Below are positions 18,788 to 28,761 of a stretch of 64,000 nucleotides of DNA, piece by piece. A model generated the notes under the pieces. It was given only the letters and a program-made list of their open reading frames with translations. It was not told where the DNA came from and did no database searches. Source of the DNA: an uncultured Candidatus Saccharibacteria bacterium (GTDB lineage: Bacteria; Patescibacteriota; Dojkabacteria; J137); contig CAZUKH010000001.1 of NCBI GenBank assembly GCA_964620955.1, positions 53,481 through 117,480 on the forward strand. Reading direction: 5' to 3'. Position numbers and translations under genes: made by a program. Every line of letters begins with the position of its first letter. The first letter of the stretch is position 1.

Positions 18788-19390
18788 CTAGCTTATTTCT
18801 TTAGTAAAATCTTCGTGAGTACCAATTAGCATTACATGATTTTGAAACATCAATTGAAGTATAAAGTCATCTCTCCTTCTTTTGCGAAGTTCAAACTCGT
18901 TAAGCTTCATTACTGTATAATGAATTTCTTTCCCTGTTTTGTCTTCATATTCTTGTACAATTTTTTCAAGCCTTGGCAGTTCTACATTACCAATAATGGC
19001 AAGATCAACATCATTTTTGCCAGATTTAAGTTTTTTTATATAAGAAGTTGTTAAAGCCGCAAAGTGTATTGTTCCTAAAGAATTAGATTGGTCAATTATT
19101 GCAGCACCAAGACCGGAGGCTTTATGAAATATCCCCATTAACTCATCTATGTAAGGATGATCCATATTTAGTCTATAGTATTTTCTATTACCTTGAACCT
19201 CAGACTTCAAAATTTGAGCATCTTCAAGCCTAATAAGCTCTCTTCTAACTGCATTTATTTCTTCCTTGAGTTCTCTAACTGTGCCGCGTAAGTGGGTAGG
19301 TTGATGTGGGTTAAGAAGAAAATGCTTTAAAGTTTTAATTCTAACTTTAGAAACAAAAAGCATATCTATGGACTTATCTATAATTTTCAT
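18788..19390 (-). CDS. Hypothetical protein with an N-terminal winged-helix-like region and a possible minimal nucleotidyltransferase-like motif. It lies immediately downstream of recA.
   Basis: HLRGTVRELKEEINAVRRELIRLEDAQIL is HTH-like. GLGAAIIDQS...KNDVDLAIIG resembles the G[SG]...DxD of an NTase fold. It occupies the position where recX is often found, but shows no RecX repeat signature. Confidence 0.35.
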   Translation of the reverse strand: MKIIDKSIDMLFVSKVRIKTLKHFLLNPHQPTHLRGTVRELKEEINAVRRELIRLEDAQILKSEVQGNRKYYRLNMDHPYIDELMGIFHKASGLGAAIIDQSNSLGTIHFAALTTSYIKKLKSGKNDVDLAIIGNVELPRLEKIVQEYEDKTGKEIHYTVMKLNEFELRKRRRDDFILQLMFQNHVMLIGTHEDFTKEIS

Positions 19391-19498
19391 ATCTTTTACT
19401 TATTATTTAGCAAATATTATGATTAATTATAGATCAAATTTTATATACGTCCAGCGAAATCTCTCTTGTGGTTGTAGGGTAAAGCAATTGGGAATAGT

Positions 19499-20515
19499 TT
19501 ATAACCCAGCCGACTCTTTTACTTTATTCCATATTTCACGCAAAAGCTTTTCATCAGATTTTAAGATCTCTTTAACTGAATCCTTTCCTTGTCCAAGATT
19601 TTCCCCTTTATATTTAAACCAAGCACCAGCTTTTTCAACTACATTAAAGTTAATTGCTGCATCAATTAGACTTGATACTTTATCAATACCCCTTCCATGA
19701 TATGTTTCGTAAATAGCCTCACGAAAAGGAGGAGCTACTTTATTTTTGACAACTTTTACTCTTACTACGTTTCCTACGAGCTGATCACCTTCCATGATTT
19801 TCTCTTTTGAGCGAATGTCCATTCTAACAGAGGAATAAAACTTTAAAGCATTTCCACCTGTGGTTGTTTCCGGATTGCCAAACATTACCCCAATTTTCAT
19901 TCGCAGCTGGTTGATAAAAACAACGGTTGTACCAGTTTTTTGAGCAACTCCTGTGATTTTTCTAAGAGCCTGACTCATAAGCCTTGCCTGCAAGCCCATA
20001 TGTGAATCGCCCATCTCCCCATCGATTTCTGCTTTTGGAGTTAAGGCTGCAACTGAATCTATAACAACCAGCTCTATTCCTCCTGATCTTACAAGTGTTT
20101 CCAGTATTTCTAAAGCCTGTTCACCATAATCTGGCTGTGAAACAAGTAATTGATCTGTCATTATTCCCAAACCATTAGCATATGTAGCATCAAAAGCATG
20201 TTCTGCATCTATAAATGCACATACTCCACCCTGCTTTTGTGCTTCAGCAATAATATGAAGTGCCAAGGTTGTTTTACCTGAAGCTTCAGGTCCAAAAATT
20301 TCTACAATTCTACCGCGTGGTACTCCACCAACCCCTAATGCAATGTCTAAAGAGATTGCCCCAGTAGGTATAACACTCATTTTTTTTATTTTGTCTTCTT
20401 TAAGAGTCATTATTGACCCTTCGCCGAATTGTTTAGTAATTTGTTGTATAGCAGTATCTATTGCCTGTTTTCTAGCTTTATCTGAACTTAGATTTTGCTC
20501 TTCTTGTTTAGCCAT
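19499..20515 (-). CDS. recA: Recombinase A
   Basis: [35 protein letters not shown] (Walker A and L1 region). Full-length at 338 aa. Confidence 0.95.
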   Translation of the reverse strand: MAKQEEQNLSSDKARKQAIDTAIQQITKQFGEGSIMTLKEDKIKKMSVIPTGAISLDIALGVGGVPRGRIVEIFGPEASGKTTLALHIIAEAQKQGGVCAFIDAEHAFDATYANGLGIMTDQLLVSQPDYGEQALEILETLVRSGGIELVVIDSVAALTPKAEIDGEMGDSHMGLQARLMSQALRKITGVAQKTGTTVVFINQLRMKIGVMFGNPETTTGGNALKFYSSVRMDIRSKEKIMEGDQLVGNVVRVKVVKNKVAPPFREAIYETYHGRGIDKVSSLIDAAINFNVVEKAGAWFKYKGENLGQGKDSVKEILKSDEKLLREIWNKVKESAGL

Positions 20516-20582
20516 GATTATTTATTGATGAAATATTAATTATGTTACTTTGTGTTTTAGGGTTTTGTCAAAGCAACAAATA

Positions 20583-21110
20583 TTACCATATTAGTAAATC
20601 AACTTCAACCGGGAAGTTTATTCTTTGGAAAGTTTCTGTTTCTAAGTAAATTTTCACATCTTTTCCTGCAGGTATATTTAATGAATATGTTTTATTTTTA
20701 TTTAATAGAAAACGATTATCTCCTGCTACCAAGTAAACTTTAAGAATATCTTGTACATAGCCCTTTACGTTTCCTGCAAAGCTTACTGTTTCCTGGCTTG
20801 TCTTAGAGTTTATTATAGAAATGAGTGGCTCATTATTAAAATTTTTTACTAATTGAGGCATAGTGATTTTATAAACTATTGAACCTGAATTTTCGTCATA
20901 TTTGTAGTTTACATCGTGATTAGGTGCTTGATATAGATTTTGCCATTCTAGCTTAAAACTTTGTGTGCTTACCCCTGCAACCTGCGGCAACACTAAACCT
21001 ACTGGAGTTAAGCCTCTTACTACAAAAAAGGTAATTCCAATAATAGTAACAAATGCAAACGCTGCAAGGCTTGCTTCTATTAAATCTATAAACTTTGCTG
21101 ACCTTCCCAT
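20583..21110 (-). CDS. Hypothetical signal-anchored protein
   Basis: ORF of 175 aa with an N-terminal TM (LAAFAFVTIIGITFFVV). Confidence 0.4.
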   Translation of the reverse strand: MGRSAKFIDLIEASLAAFAFVTIIGITFFVVRGLTPVGLVLPQVAGVSTQSFKLEWQNLYQAPNHDVNYKYDENSGSIVYKITMPQLVKNFNNEPLISIINSKTSQETVSFAGNVKGYVQDILKVYLVAGDNRFLLNKNKTYSLNIPAGKDVKIYLETETFQRINFPVEVDLLIW

Positions 21111-21255
21111 CTTAAAAAAAAATGTTAATTTATTGCTTTATACTTCTTTTAATGCTTATTACTGACAACAAAAAAGCATATTATTCTCAATAGCAATTCA
21201 ACTCTATAAAGAGTATATACTTCATACTAAAGGTTTTATATTGAAAATGCTATAT

Positions 21256-22230
21256 TTAAAACTTTATAGCAGTTTGAGGAAAAGTAATTTTGAGATTTTT
21301 GACCGCTTCTGCCATTTCCCAAATAGTTCTCTTAGTTCGAAATTCTTTAATCTTTTTTTCAATAAAACTAGGGTCAAAGTCATAAATGTATCCAAACCCC
21401 GAGTTGAAAATCTGTTCTACTAATTCATCGTTGCTTATTTCACTAATTTTTCGTTTTTCTAATATTTTTTCCATGAGTTCGTCCAAAAGTTCTGGATGTT
21501 CAGAGACTATTTGCATAGCTGCTTTCGCCAATACTCCTTCCAACTCAAATTGATGTAACGAAACATTAGCTGGAGCATGTAGCCCAACATTTTTACCTGC
21601 TAGTTTATTCATCATTCTTGGGAAAAGTGTTTGAAGTGTTTTCCAATTTTTTCCAAGTCTATACTCAATGCTTTGCCATGAAAGAGCATCCAGCCCATCA
21701 TTAATTGATTTATCTACTACAATCACTTTTAACAAGTTATCAAATGTCGATTGATCTCCATCTTCAATCAGGTTACTCATCGATTCAAAGGACATATCTC
21801 CAAAAAACTCATTGATTTCTTCAACAATATCATCATACCCAGATTTAAATGCTTGTCCCCCATACAGCTCATGAATCTTCTTTTTAGTCATTGATTCAAC
21901 AAGCGCCTCATCCATAATACTTGACTGTGTATAAATACCAGCATGTAAACCTTCATGAAACAAGATGTGAGCGATCTCCTGTTCTGTGCCGTAAAGCAAA
22001 ACCATAGGATTTATTGCAATCATGCCATTGTCAGGAGAAAAATAACCTCCAACATTCATTGGCATTGTAAGATCAACGTAAAAGCCTTTAGGATTTTTAA
22101 AGTTGATTTTTTGTAAAGCGTTTCTAAGTATGCGAAGTCTATTTGGGGCAAATGTTTTTAAAAAATTTTCTGCAGATTGCAGAAAAAAGTTTTCTACAGT
22201 TTCTAATTGTGGGTTAAAAAAGTTAAACAT
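21256..22230 (-). CDS. Hypothetical cytoplasmic protein with an HExxH zincin-like motif
   Basis: ORF of 324 aa containing AHILFHEGLHAGIY (H-E-x-x-H). No signal peptide. Confidence 0.4.
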   Translation of the reverse strand: MFNFFNPQLETVENFFLQSAENFLKTFAPNRLRILRNALQKINFKNPKGFYVDLTMPMNVGGYFSPDNGMIAINPMVLLYGTEQEIAHILFHEGLHAGIYTQSSIMDEALVESMTKKKIHELYGGQAFKSGYDDIVEEINEFFGDMSFESMSNLIEDGDQSTFDNLLKVIVVDKSINDGLDALSWQSIEYRLGKNWKTLQTLFPRMMNKLAGKNVGLHAPANVSLHQFELEGVLAKAAMQIVSEHPELLDELMEKILEKRKISEISNDELVEQIFNSGFGYIYDFDPSFIEKKIKEFRTKRTIWEMAEAVKNLKITFPQTAIKF

Positions 22231-22496
22231 GTTAATTTGCTAAATAATTATATCACTTTTAAGTTTTTTTTGCTATGTACACAGGGCTTCGGCTTACTTG
22301 CGTTCTTTGTCTAAATTTATTGTCCGACTATAAAACTCGCCCATAAATCTTGGGATTTTTACACTGTACAGCAAGGGTATATTCGGACGCTCTCTCGCTA
22401 CGCCTTACTACAAGGCTCTATTCATTAAAGTGCTTTACAAATTGTTTATTTGAAACTAATATACCTAGGTATTAAAATAATTTAGTAATAAGTTTT

Positions 22497-22835
22497 ATGT
22501 TGAAAAAATATATTTTTGTCAAAACAAACGAACTAAGCGAATATAATCTTTTCGAAAAAGCAAGCAACAGGCTTCAGGAATTTTGGAACACTATCTTTGT
22601 TGATTTGCCTTATGATTTGAAAAATGAGATCAATTTCGAGAATGTAATTCTTTCACCTGAGCCGGTTCAAAGATTTTCGATTACTGGAGTTTTGCCTTAT
22701 AGGTTCAAGGTCGAAGGATGCAACGACTCTTTAGATAAAGTTTTGACTAAATACATAATTTTTGTTGAGCATGAAACTCCTGCAGTAAGAGACTGGAAAA
22801 GAAGGATTAATGAGACTTTACTGAACTTTGCCTAG
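22497..22835 (+). CDS. Hypothetical protein
   Basis: ORF of 112 aa with no recognisable motifs. Confidence 0.3.
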   Translation: MLKKYIFVKTNELSEYNLFEKASNRLQEFWNTIFVDLPYDLKNEINFENVILSPEPVQRFSITGVLPYRFKVEGCNDSLDKVLTKYIIFVEHETPAVRDWKRRINETLLNFA

Positions 22836-23674
22836 TCTGCCCAATTTTGGAGCTTTTTAACTTCTGAAATTGCAGTTGTTAAATCTTTCATAGCTGGTGT
22901 TTCCATAACAAAATCCTTCGTTTTAAGTTTGGGATTATTTAAAAAGCTTTTTAATGCTTCTTTACCTATTAAGCCTTCACCAAGGTTTTCGTGTCGGTCG
23001 CGTGCTGAAGCAAGTGGTGTTTTAGAATCATTAAAGTGTATGCACTTTATATTGTTTATGCCAAGCTTTTTATCTAACTCTTCTATAACTGCTTCGAGGT
23101 TTGTTTTAATATCATACCCACTTGCCCATAAATGCTGTGTATCAAGGCAGAATCCTATTCTTTCCGGGTTTTTAACACTTTCTTTAATCCTTTTAAGATC
23201 TTCTATTTTGGAACCTACAACATTGCCTGCACCAGCTGCTACTTCAAGCCATAGCTGTTTACTACTCTTAGTGTTCTCGAAAATCCAGTCTATTCCTTGT
23301 GTAATCCTTTTAAAGCCTTCCTGGGGTGTTGTATCTTTAAATGAGCCTGTGTGAAAAATTATACCCTCAACGCTAATCCATTCTGCGAGTTCAAGGTAAT
23401 TTACTAACGATAGTTTAGATAAGTGAAACTTTTGTTTATCTGGATTAGCTAGATTTACTAAATAAATTCCGTGAATATGTGTTTTTTTTACAACACTACT
23501 TGCTTTAATTGCTTGGTTAAATTTTTCTGCTTCTTCTTTTTCAAAAGGACTAGTATTCCACCTTTGAGGTGGTGTCGGATGGATCATAATAGTGTTTACG
23601 CCCAACTCTTCCCCACGGGCAACCGCCATATAAATTCCTCCTGCTGAAGATACAAATCCGCCCAGGTTTCTCAT
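22832..23674 (-). CDS. nfo: Endonuclease IV (AP endonuclease, TIM-barrel)
   Basis: FCLDTQHLWASGYD matches the Nfo motif CxDTCHxFAAGYD. The HTGSF and HFND metal-ligand motifs are present. Confidence 0.85.
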   Translation of the reverse strand: MRNLGGFVSSAGGIYMAVARGEELGVNTIMIHPTPPQRWNTSPFEKEEAEKFNQAIKASSVVKKTHIHGIYLVNLANPDKQKFHLSKLSLVNYLELAEWISVEGIIFHTGSFKDTTPQEGFKRITQGIDWIFENTKSSKQLWLEVAAGAGNVVGSKIEDLKRIKESVKNPERIGFCLDTQHLWASGYDIKTNLEAVIEELDKKLGINNIKCIHFNDSKTPLASARDRHENLGEGLIGKEALKSFLNNPKLKTKDFVMETPAMKDLTTAISEVKKLQNWAD

Positions 23675-23691
23675 TTAATTAAAGTTATAAG

Positions 23692-24345
23692 CTAATTTTG
23701 CACTACTTTAGAAAGTTTAAAAACTTCTCCTCCTAACAATATTTCTGAAAGCGAAGAATCAATTTCAAACTTTGCACTATCTGTGGCATTTACAGTACCT
23801 ATCTTTATGTATCCGCTAGAGTTTTTAGCTAAGTCTGTGGATGTTTTACCCAAAAGTCCTAAAGCAAATGAAAATTTTTGCCCTGCCACATTATTTTCCA
23901 GCACTGCATTAAATTCGGGTGCCGGAGTAAAAAGAATTTCTTGCGTATTAGAGCTTAAGTTAATTGTAAGCTGAACTCCCTCAAGAATGTCTTCGTGATT
24001 TGCAATAGAAAGTTCGAAAGTATTATTACCCAATAAAGATACATTTAAATACGCGTCAGACGTTTCCTGAATGTTTGAAGCAGTGGTGTTAGATGAATCA
24101 CCGTTGCCTAAAGATCCTTCATTACCAGCAAGTTCGCTTTGCTTTGGAGATTCAGAGTCATTAATTGTATTTGTCTCGTTATTCTTACTGTCTTCTATAG
24201 TTTCGTTTTGGGACTTAGCGGTATCTGAGTTTTCCGACTGGCCTTTATTGTTGGATGACAAAATAAGTAGTCCAATAACCAAAGCAAATGCCACAATAAG
24301 TACAAGTAATCCCCCTGCAATTAAATAAAAAGTCCTGTTTGTCAT
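23692..24345 (-). CDS. Hypothetical secreted/anchored Ser-Thr-Asn-rich protein
   Basis: N-terminal TM (FYLIAGGLLVLIVAFALVIGLLIL) followed by a low-complexity S/T/N/E-rich region. Confidence 0.45.
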   Translation of the reverse strand: MTNRTFYLIAGGLLVLIVAFALVIGLLILSSNNKGQSENSDTAKSQNETIEDSKNNETNTINDSESPKQSELAGNEGSLGNGDSSNTTASNIQETSDAYLNVSLLGNNTFELSIANHEDILEGVQLTINLSSNTQEILFTPAPEFNAVLENNVAGQKFSFALGLLGKTSTDLAKNSSGYIKIGTVNATDSAKFEIDSSLSEILLGGEVFKLSKVVQN

Positions 24346-24388
24346 ATTTCGAAATTTCTATTTTGTTATTTTTAGTTTTTCTTAAAAT

Positions 24389-25090
24389 TTACTCTCCTCT
24401 AACTAATGTCAGCGTTTTGGACAAATACAGTGCAAAGAACCCTATTGAAGTGACAACATAACTTACTGCTGTAAATAAAACAGCTCCTCCAAAGCTAGAG
24501 TTATATGAAGCTATAGATGTTATTAAGTTAGCTCCAGATACAAAAAGAATAATTGAAAAAGTTACCATACCGCTTAAATAAAACATTTTTGCAGTAATAT
24601 CTACGCCTTTTTTTGATATTTTAAGCACAATTTTATTTAATCTATTTAGTCCAAATGCGAATGCTCCCATGAATGCTATTAAAATTATTGTTTGCCAAAA
24701 TGATTGACTATCAAATGAACTTGCGCCACCAAATCCAAATAATCCTTTGGATGGGAATATTCCTTGTAGTATTAATTGAAGCGTAGTGCTTAAATAATTA
24801 AACAAGAACAATGAGATGATAAAAAGCCATATATAGTAAAAAGCTTGCATGCCATAACCTGCCAATCTTGGCATAAATTCTTCAGCTTTTTTCTTTTCAC
24901 CAGTAAAGTTATAAAGAACAAAACCTAAACCAACAAGCCCAATAATTATTACTAAAACATAAATTACCCCAAAAACTATAATGCCACTAAATAAGCTGCT
25001 TAATGCATTTGCCGTTGAACCCCCAGTTAGGCTTGATAAATCTGAACCACCGTACATAAATTGAATAATAAAATTTAAAAAATGAGTCAC
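24389..25090 (-). CDS. Hypothetical polytopic membrane protein
   Basis: ORF of 233 aa with about 6 TM helices. Confidence 0.45.
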   Translation of the reverse strand: MTHFLNFIIQFMYGGSDLSSLTGGSTANALSSLFSGIIVFGVIYVLVIIIGLVGLGFVLYNFTGEKKKAEEFMPRLAGYGMQAFYYIWLFIISLFLFNYLSTTLQLILQGIFPSKGLFGFGGASSFDSQSFWQTIILIAFMGAFAFGLNRLNKIVLKISKKGVDITAKMFYLSGMVTFSIILFVSGANLITSIASYNSSFGGAVLFTAVSYVVTSIGFFALYLSKTLTLVRGE

Positions 25091-25205
25091 AAATTGACTC
25101 CGAAAGGCTTGTGCCTTTAAATCAAATTCTACACACTGTTTACACCAATTTCAATAGAAATCCCTCGTATGCTGCCAAGCAGGCCAAGCTAAAGTCTGAG
25201 GTTTT

Positions 25206-26654
25206 TTATCCACTTTTTTTTAGTTGCTTATCAATTTCAATTTCTATAATTTGTGGGGAAAATCTTCCTTTTGTTTCACGCATTACTTGACCTAGTAAAA
25301 ACTTTTTAGCATTTGGGTTTTTGTTTATGTCGCTTACAACTTTTGAGTTACTTTCAATTGTTTTTTTTACTATGCTACTTAAATCAATATTATTTTCGGG
25401 TTCACAATTTTGAATTTGTTTTTTTATTTCTTTAGGTTTTGCAAAAAGATTTTTGGCAAGAATCTCTTTTGCCATTTGCACTGTAATGTTTTTACTTTCA
25501 ACTGAGTCAATAACTATTAGTATTGTTTCCGGGGATATTGAGGTTTCCGCAAAGCTTTGAGAGTTAGCAGCTAAAATTCCTGCGATTTCTGTTCCAACTA
25601 ATGTTGCTATTGTCTTGAATTTTTCTTTAGATAGTGGCGATTTTTTGGATGCTAAACTTACAATAGCATCCAAAAAATCGCCTCGTTCTTTATCTTCTAT
25701 AAAAACTTCTGCTTGCATGGGATGCAATCCCATTGCAACATACCGCTGCTTGCGACTTATTGGCAACTCAACCATTGCAGCGCGTATAGATTCAATTAAT
25801 TCATTAGATATTGTAATAGGTGCAATATCCGGCTCTGGGAAGTACCTATAATCATCAGAATTTTCTTTACTTCTTTGAAACTTTGTTTGCCCTGTCATTC
25901 CTATAATTCCCCGAGTTTCATTTTTCAGTATTATTCCTTCTTGTTGCGCTTTTGTTTGCCTTGCAATTTCAAACTTAATGACTTTTTCTAAAACAGAAAT
26001 TGAGCCTATGTTTTTTATTTCTACTTTGTAGCCTGGAAGCCCCACCAAACCTTGTTTTTTAACACTAATATTTAATTCAAATCGCATTTGGCCTTTTTGC
26101 ATTTCTGCATCACCTACATTTGTATACCTTACAATTTGACGTAATCTTTTTGCGAATGCAGTAACTTCATCTACCGACTGAAAATCTGGCTCTGTAACAA
26201 CTTCAATTAATGGAACACCTGACTTATTAAAATCGATTAATGTTTCTTCGCTGCCGTGAATAGATTTTGCTGTATCTTCCTCAAGATGCATTCTTTGAAT
26301 TCTTATTCTTTTTGAATCATCACCAGTTTCTATTTCTACATAACCATCATAGCCAATCGGCTTATCTAGCTGAGATATTTGGTATCCTTTTGGGAGATCG
26401 GGGTAGTAGTAATTTTTTCGATCAAATTTTGTTAAGTCGTTTATTTTGCAATTAAGTGCGAGAGCAAGCATAACTGCTTTGTTAAGTGCTTCTTTATTCG
26501 GCATTGGCAATGCACCTGGCAAACCAAAACATACTTCGCAAGTATGCGAGTTAGGTTCTGATGCAAAATACTGATTGCTGCATCTACAAAACATTTTTGT
26601 TTTGGTATTGACCTGCAAATGAATTTCGAGGCCAATTACTGGTAAAAATATCAT
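25206..26654 (-). CDS. gatB: Asp-tRNA(Asn)/Glu-tRNA(Gln) amidotransferase subunit B
   Basis: N-terminus MIFLPVIGLEIHLQVNTKTKMFCRC is diagnostic for GatB. Length of 482 aa is typical. Confidence 0.9.
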   Translation of the reverse strand: MIFLPVIGLEIHLQVNTKTKMFCRCSNQYFASEPNSHTCEVCFGLPGALPMPNKEALNKAVMLALALNCKINDLTKFDRKNYYYPDLPKGYQISQLDKPIGYDGYVEIETGDDSKRIRIQRMHLEEDTAKSIHGSEETLIDFNKSGVPLIEVVTEPDFQSVDEVTAFAKRLRQIVRYTNVGDAEMQKGQMRFELNISVKKQGLVGLPGYKVEIKNIGSISVLEKVIKFEIARQTKAQQEGIILKNETRGIIGMTGQTKFQRSKENSDDYRYFPEPDIAPITISNELIESIRAAMVELPISRKQRYVAMGLHPMQAEVFIEDKERGDFLDAIVSLASKKSPLSKEKFKTIATLVGTEIAGILAANSQSFAETSISPETILIVIDSVESKNITVQMAKEILAKNLFAKPKEIKKQIQNCEPENNIDLSSIVKKTIESNSKVVSDINKNPNAKKFLLGQVMRETKGRFSPQIIEIEIDKQLKKSG

Positions 26655-26737
26655 GGTATTTTATTATTTTAGATTTTAACAGAAAAATTTGAATTGGTGC
26701 GGATATGGTCAGTATCAAATAATTGGAATATACTTAA

Positions 26738-28078
26738 GTGCTTATGATTGGAATACAAAAATCAAAAAAAATAACTTCAAAAAAGCTTGTGATTGTTGGG
26801 GTAAGCGGATTGCATGGTAAAACTATTGTCACTGAGCTTTTTTCTCACATGTTAAGAACTGGGGGTAAGAAAGTAGCAGCACTTAGCAGCCTTGGATTTT
26901 CACAAAGCAACAATCATTTTGATAAATCAATAACTGCAGATAATCTAGATAAGAAAAAGTTAAAAAATATTATAAACATTTGTAACTTAAATGAAATTGA
27001 TGCACTTGTTATAGAAATTTTGCCTTCAAAAATCGAAAATTCCCTTTTTAAAACAGTGTTGTTCGATACATTTATATTAACCAGCTTGGGACTTGATTTC
27101 GAATCTTTTGAGTCTTTTAACGATCAACATAAAGAGTATTTTAAACTTATAAACAATATTTATAACGGAGGCTTACTCTTGATTAACGCCACAGAAAACT
27201 TTGACCTAACATGGCTGGAAGAGAAAGGAAAAGATCTTAAGCAAAATGTTTTTAGCTCAATTTTGTTGCCCCAATTTATTTATACCAATACACAGTTTCT
27301 TGATCATACACTTTTTTATCTAAATACCAGCGTACCGATAGTTTCTAAAAGCATTGGTCACTATGCAGCTATAAATACTTCTTTAGCAGGCGAAGCTGCT
27401 AAAAGGTATGTAAGAGAGGAAATTATTTTGCAAGCTATAGCTTCGTTTATCCCTCCAAAAGGTAGATTTGAGTATATGAAATACGACCAAAACTTTGTTT
27501 TTATAGACAAGTCAACCAGCCCAGAAGTTTTAAAAGAAAATCTTTATTTTCTTTATAAAATGAAGCTTCCCCACCAAAATATTATAACTGTTTTAGGAGT
27601 TTCGGACACCCTTGCTAGCCAATATGCAGTGAGCGCAGAAGTTGCTACAAAGTACTCAAACATTGTTCTACTCGCTCCTAGTGACCCTGGTAATAAACAT
27701 GTATCTGAAATTAATACAAATCTTTACGAATTTGCCGAGCGTGCAGGCGGTCTAATGGTTGAGAGATTACAATCAACTGAAGAACTAGATATGCTAAATA
27801 AATTAAACTTTATAAAAAGAATTAACGTTGTATCGTCCAGAAAGGATGTTCCAATAATAGCCTTTGATAGCCACGACTACACAGGCAGACTTGATGCTAT
27901 TAAAACTGCTCATTTACTGGCAAATCCCTGGGATATTATTGTTCTTATTGGTAAAGGCGCAGACAAGTACATACTTTTTGACGATGTAGAATATGAATGG
28001 TCTGAAGTCAAAGCAATTGAAATTGCAAGAGAATATTCGTCAAGTTTAAAACCCTCCAACCAACAAGTTCAAGCCTAG
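26738..28078 (+). CDS. Mur ligase family protein (MurE/MurF/MurT-like)
   Basis: P-loop region VIVGVSGLHGKTIVTE and the overall ~446 aa Mur-ligase architecture. The specific paralogue was not resolved. Confidence 0.55.
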   Translation: MLMIGIQKSKKITSKKLVIVGVSGLHGKTIVTELFSHMLRTGGKKVAALSSLGFSQSNNHFDKSITADNLDKKKLKNIINICNLNEIDALVIEILPSKIENSLFKTVLFDTFILTSLGLDFESFESFNDQHKEYFKLINNIYNGGLLLINATENFDLTWLEEKGKDLKQNVFSSILLPQFIYTNTQFLDHTLFYLNTSVPIVSKSIGHYAAINTSLAGEAAKRYVREEIILQAIASFIPPKGRFEYMKYDQNFVFIDKSTSPEVLKENLYFLYKMKLPHQNIITVLGVSDTLASQYAVSAEVATKYSNIVLLAPSDPGNKHVSEINTNLYEFAERAGGLMVERLQSTEELDMLNKLNFIKRINVVSSRKDVPIIAFDSHDYTGRLDAIKTAHLLANPWDIIVLIGKGADKYILFDDVEYEWSEVKAIEIAREYSSSLKPSNQQVQA

Positions 28079-28578
28079 GAATCCATCGAAAGAACTTTAA
28101 ATTCAATTACACCTGACGGTAAAACTACATCTACGATATCTCCTACTTTAGAATTGTTTAAGGCTTTTCCAATAGGTGAGTCAATTGAGATTTTACCTGA
28201 TAGTGGGTCTGCAGCTTCTGTTTCTTCGGACCCAACTAAAGAAACCTTCTTTTTGGAGTTATTTTTTAAGTTAAGAATTGTAACAGTTGACCCAATTGTA
28301 ACTAGTGTTGAAGAGCTGGAGCCTTTAACAATTGTTACAACTTTCATAAGACTTTCCAAATCTTTAATTCTATTCTCATTCATTTCTTTTTTCTCCATTG
28401 CAATTGTATATGCATGGTTTTCACTCAAGTCACCTAGCTCTCTTGCATCTGAAATCTCTGCTGCAATTATTTCTCTATCTACAGTTTTCCTTCTTTCAAG
28501 TTCTTCTAATAACTCTTTGTACCTTTCTTGTGTCATTTCAATCTTCTCTTTTTCTGTATTATTTTTTTGTCGTGCCAC
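28075..28578 (-). CDS. greA: Transcription elongation factor GreA
   Basis: N-terminal coiled coil plus the C-terminal FKBP-like motif GKISIDSPIGKALNNSKVGDIVDVVLPSGVIEFKVLSM. Confidence 0.85.
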   Translation of the reverse strand: MARQKNNTEKEKIEMTQERYKELLEELERRKTVDREIIAAEISDARELGDLSENHAYTIAMEKKEMNENRIKDLESLMKVVTIVKGSSSSTLVTIGSTVTILNLKNNSKKKVSLVGSEETEAADPLSGKISIDSPIGKALNNSKVGDIVDVVLPSGVIEFKVLSMDS

Positions 28579-28650
28579 TTTTGATTGTTTTAATTTATAA
28601 AAATACCACGGCCTTACGGACGTGTTTTATTAGTTTTGTGGTTAGTTTTC

Positions 28651-28677
28651 AAAAAAAAAATCTGGAGTTCCAGATTA
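28651..28677 (-). terminator. Rho-independent terminator downstream of the 1017-aa gene
   Basis: Minus strand: AATCTGGA-AC-TCCAGATT hairpin (8-bp stem) followed by a run of ten T residues. Confidence 0.5.
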
Positions 28678-28761
28678 GGTCGCAAAATTTACAAAACCTT
28701 TAAATTGTTACTAAAATATTAGCATGCAAGCGCCTTTAAAAGCAACCGGCATGTGTTTTAA

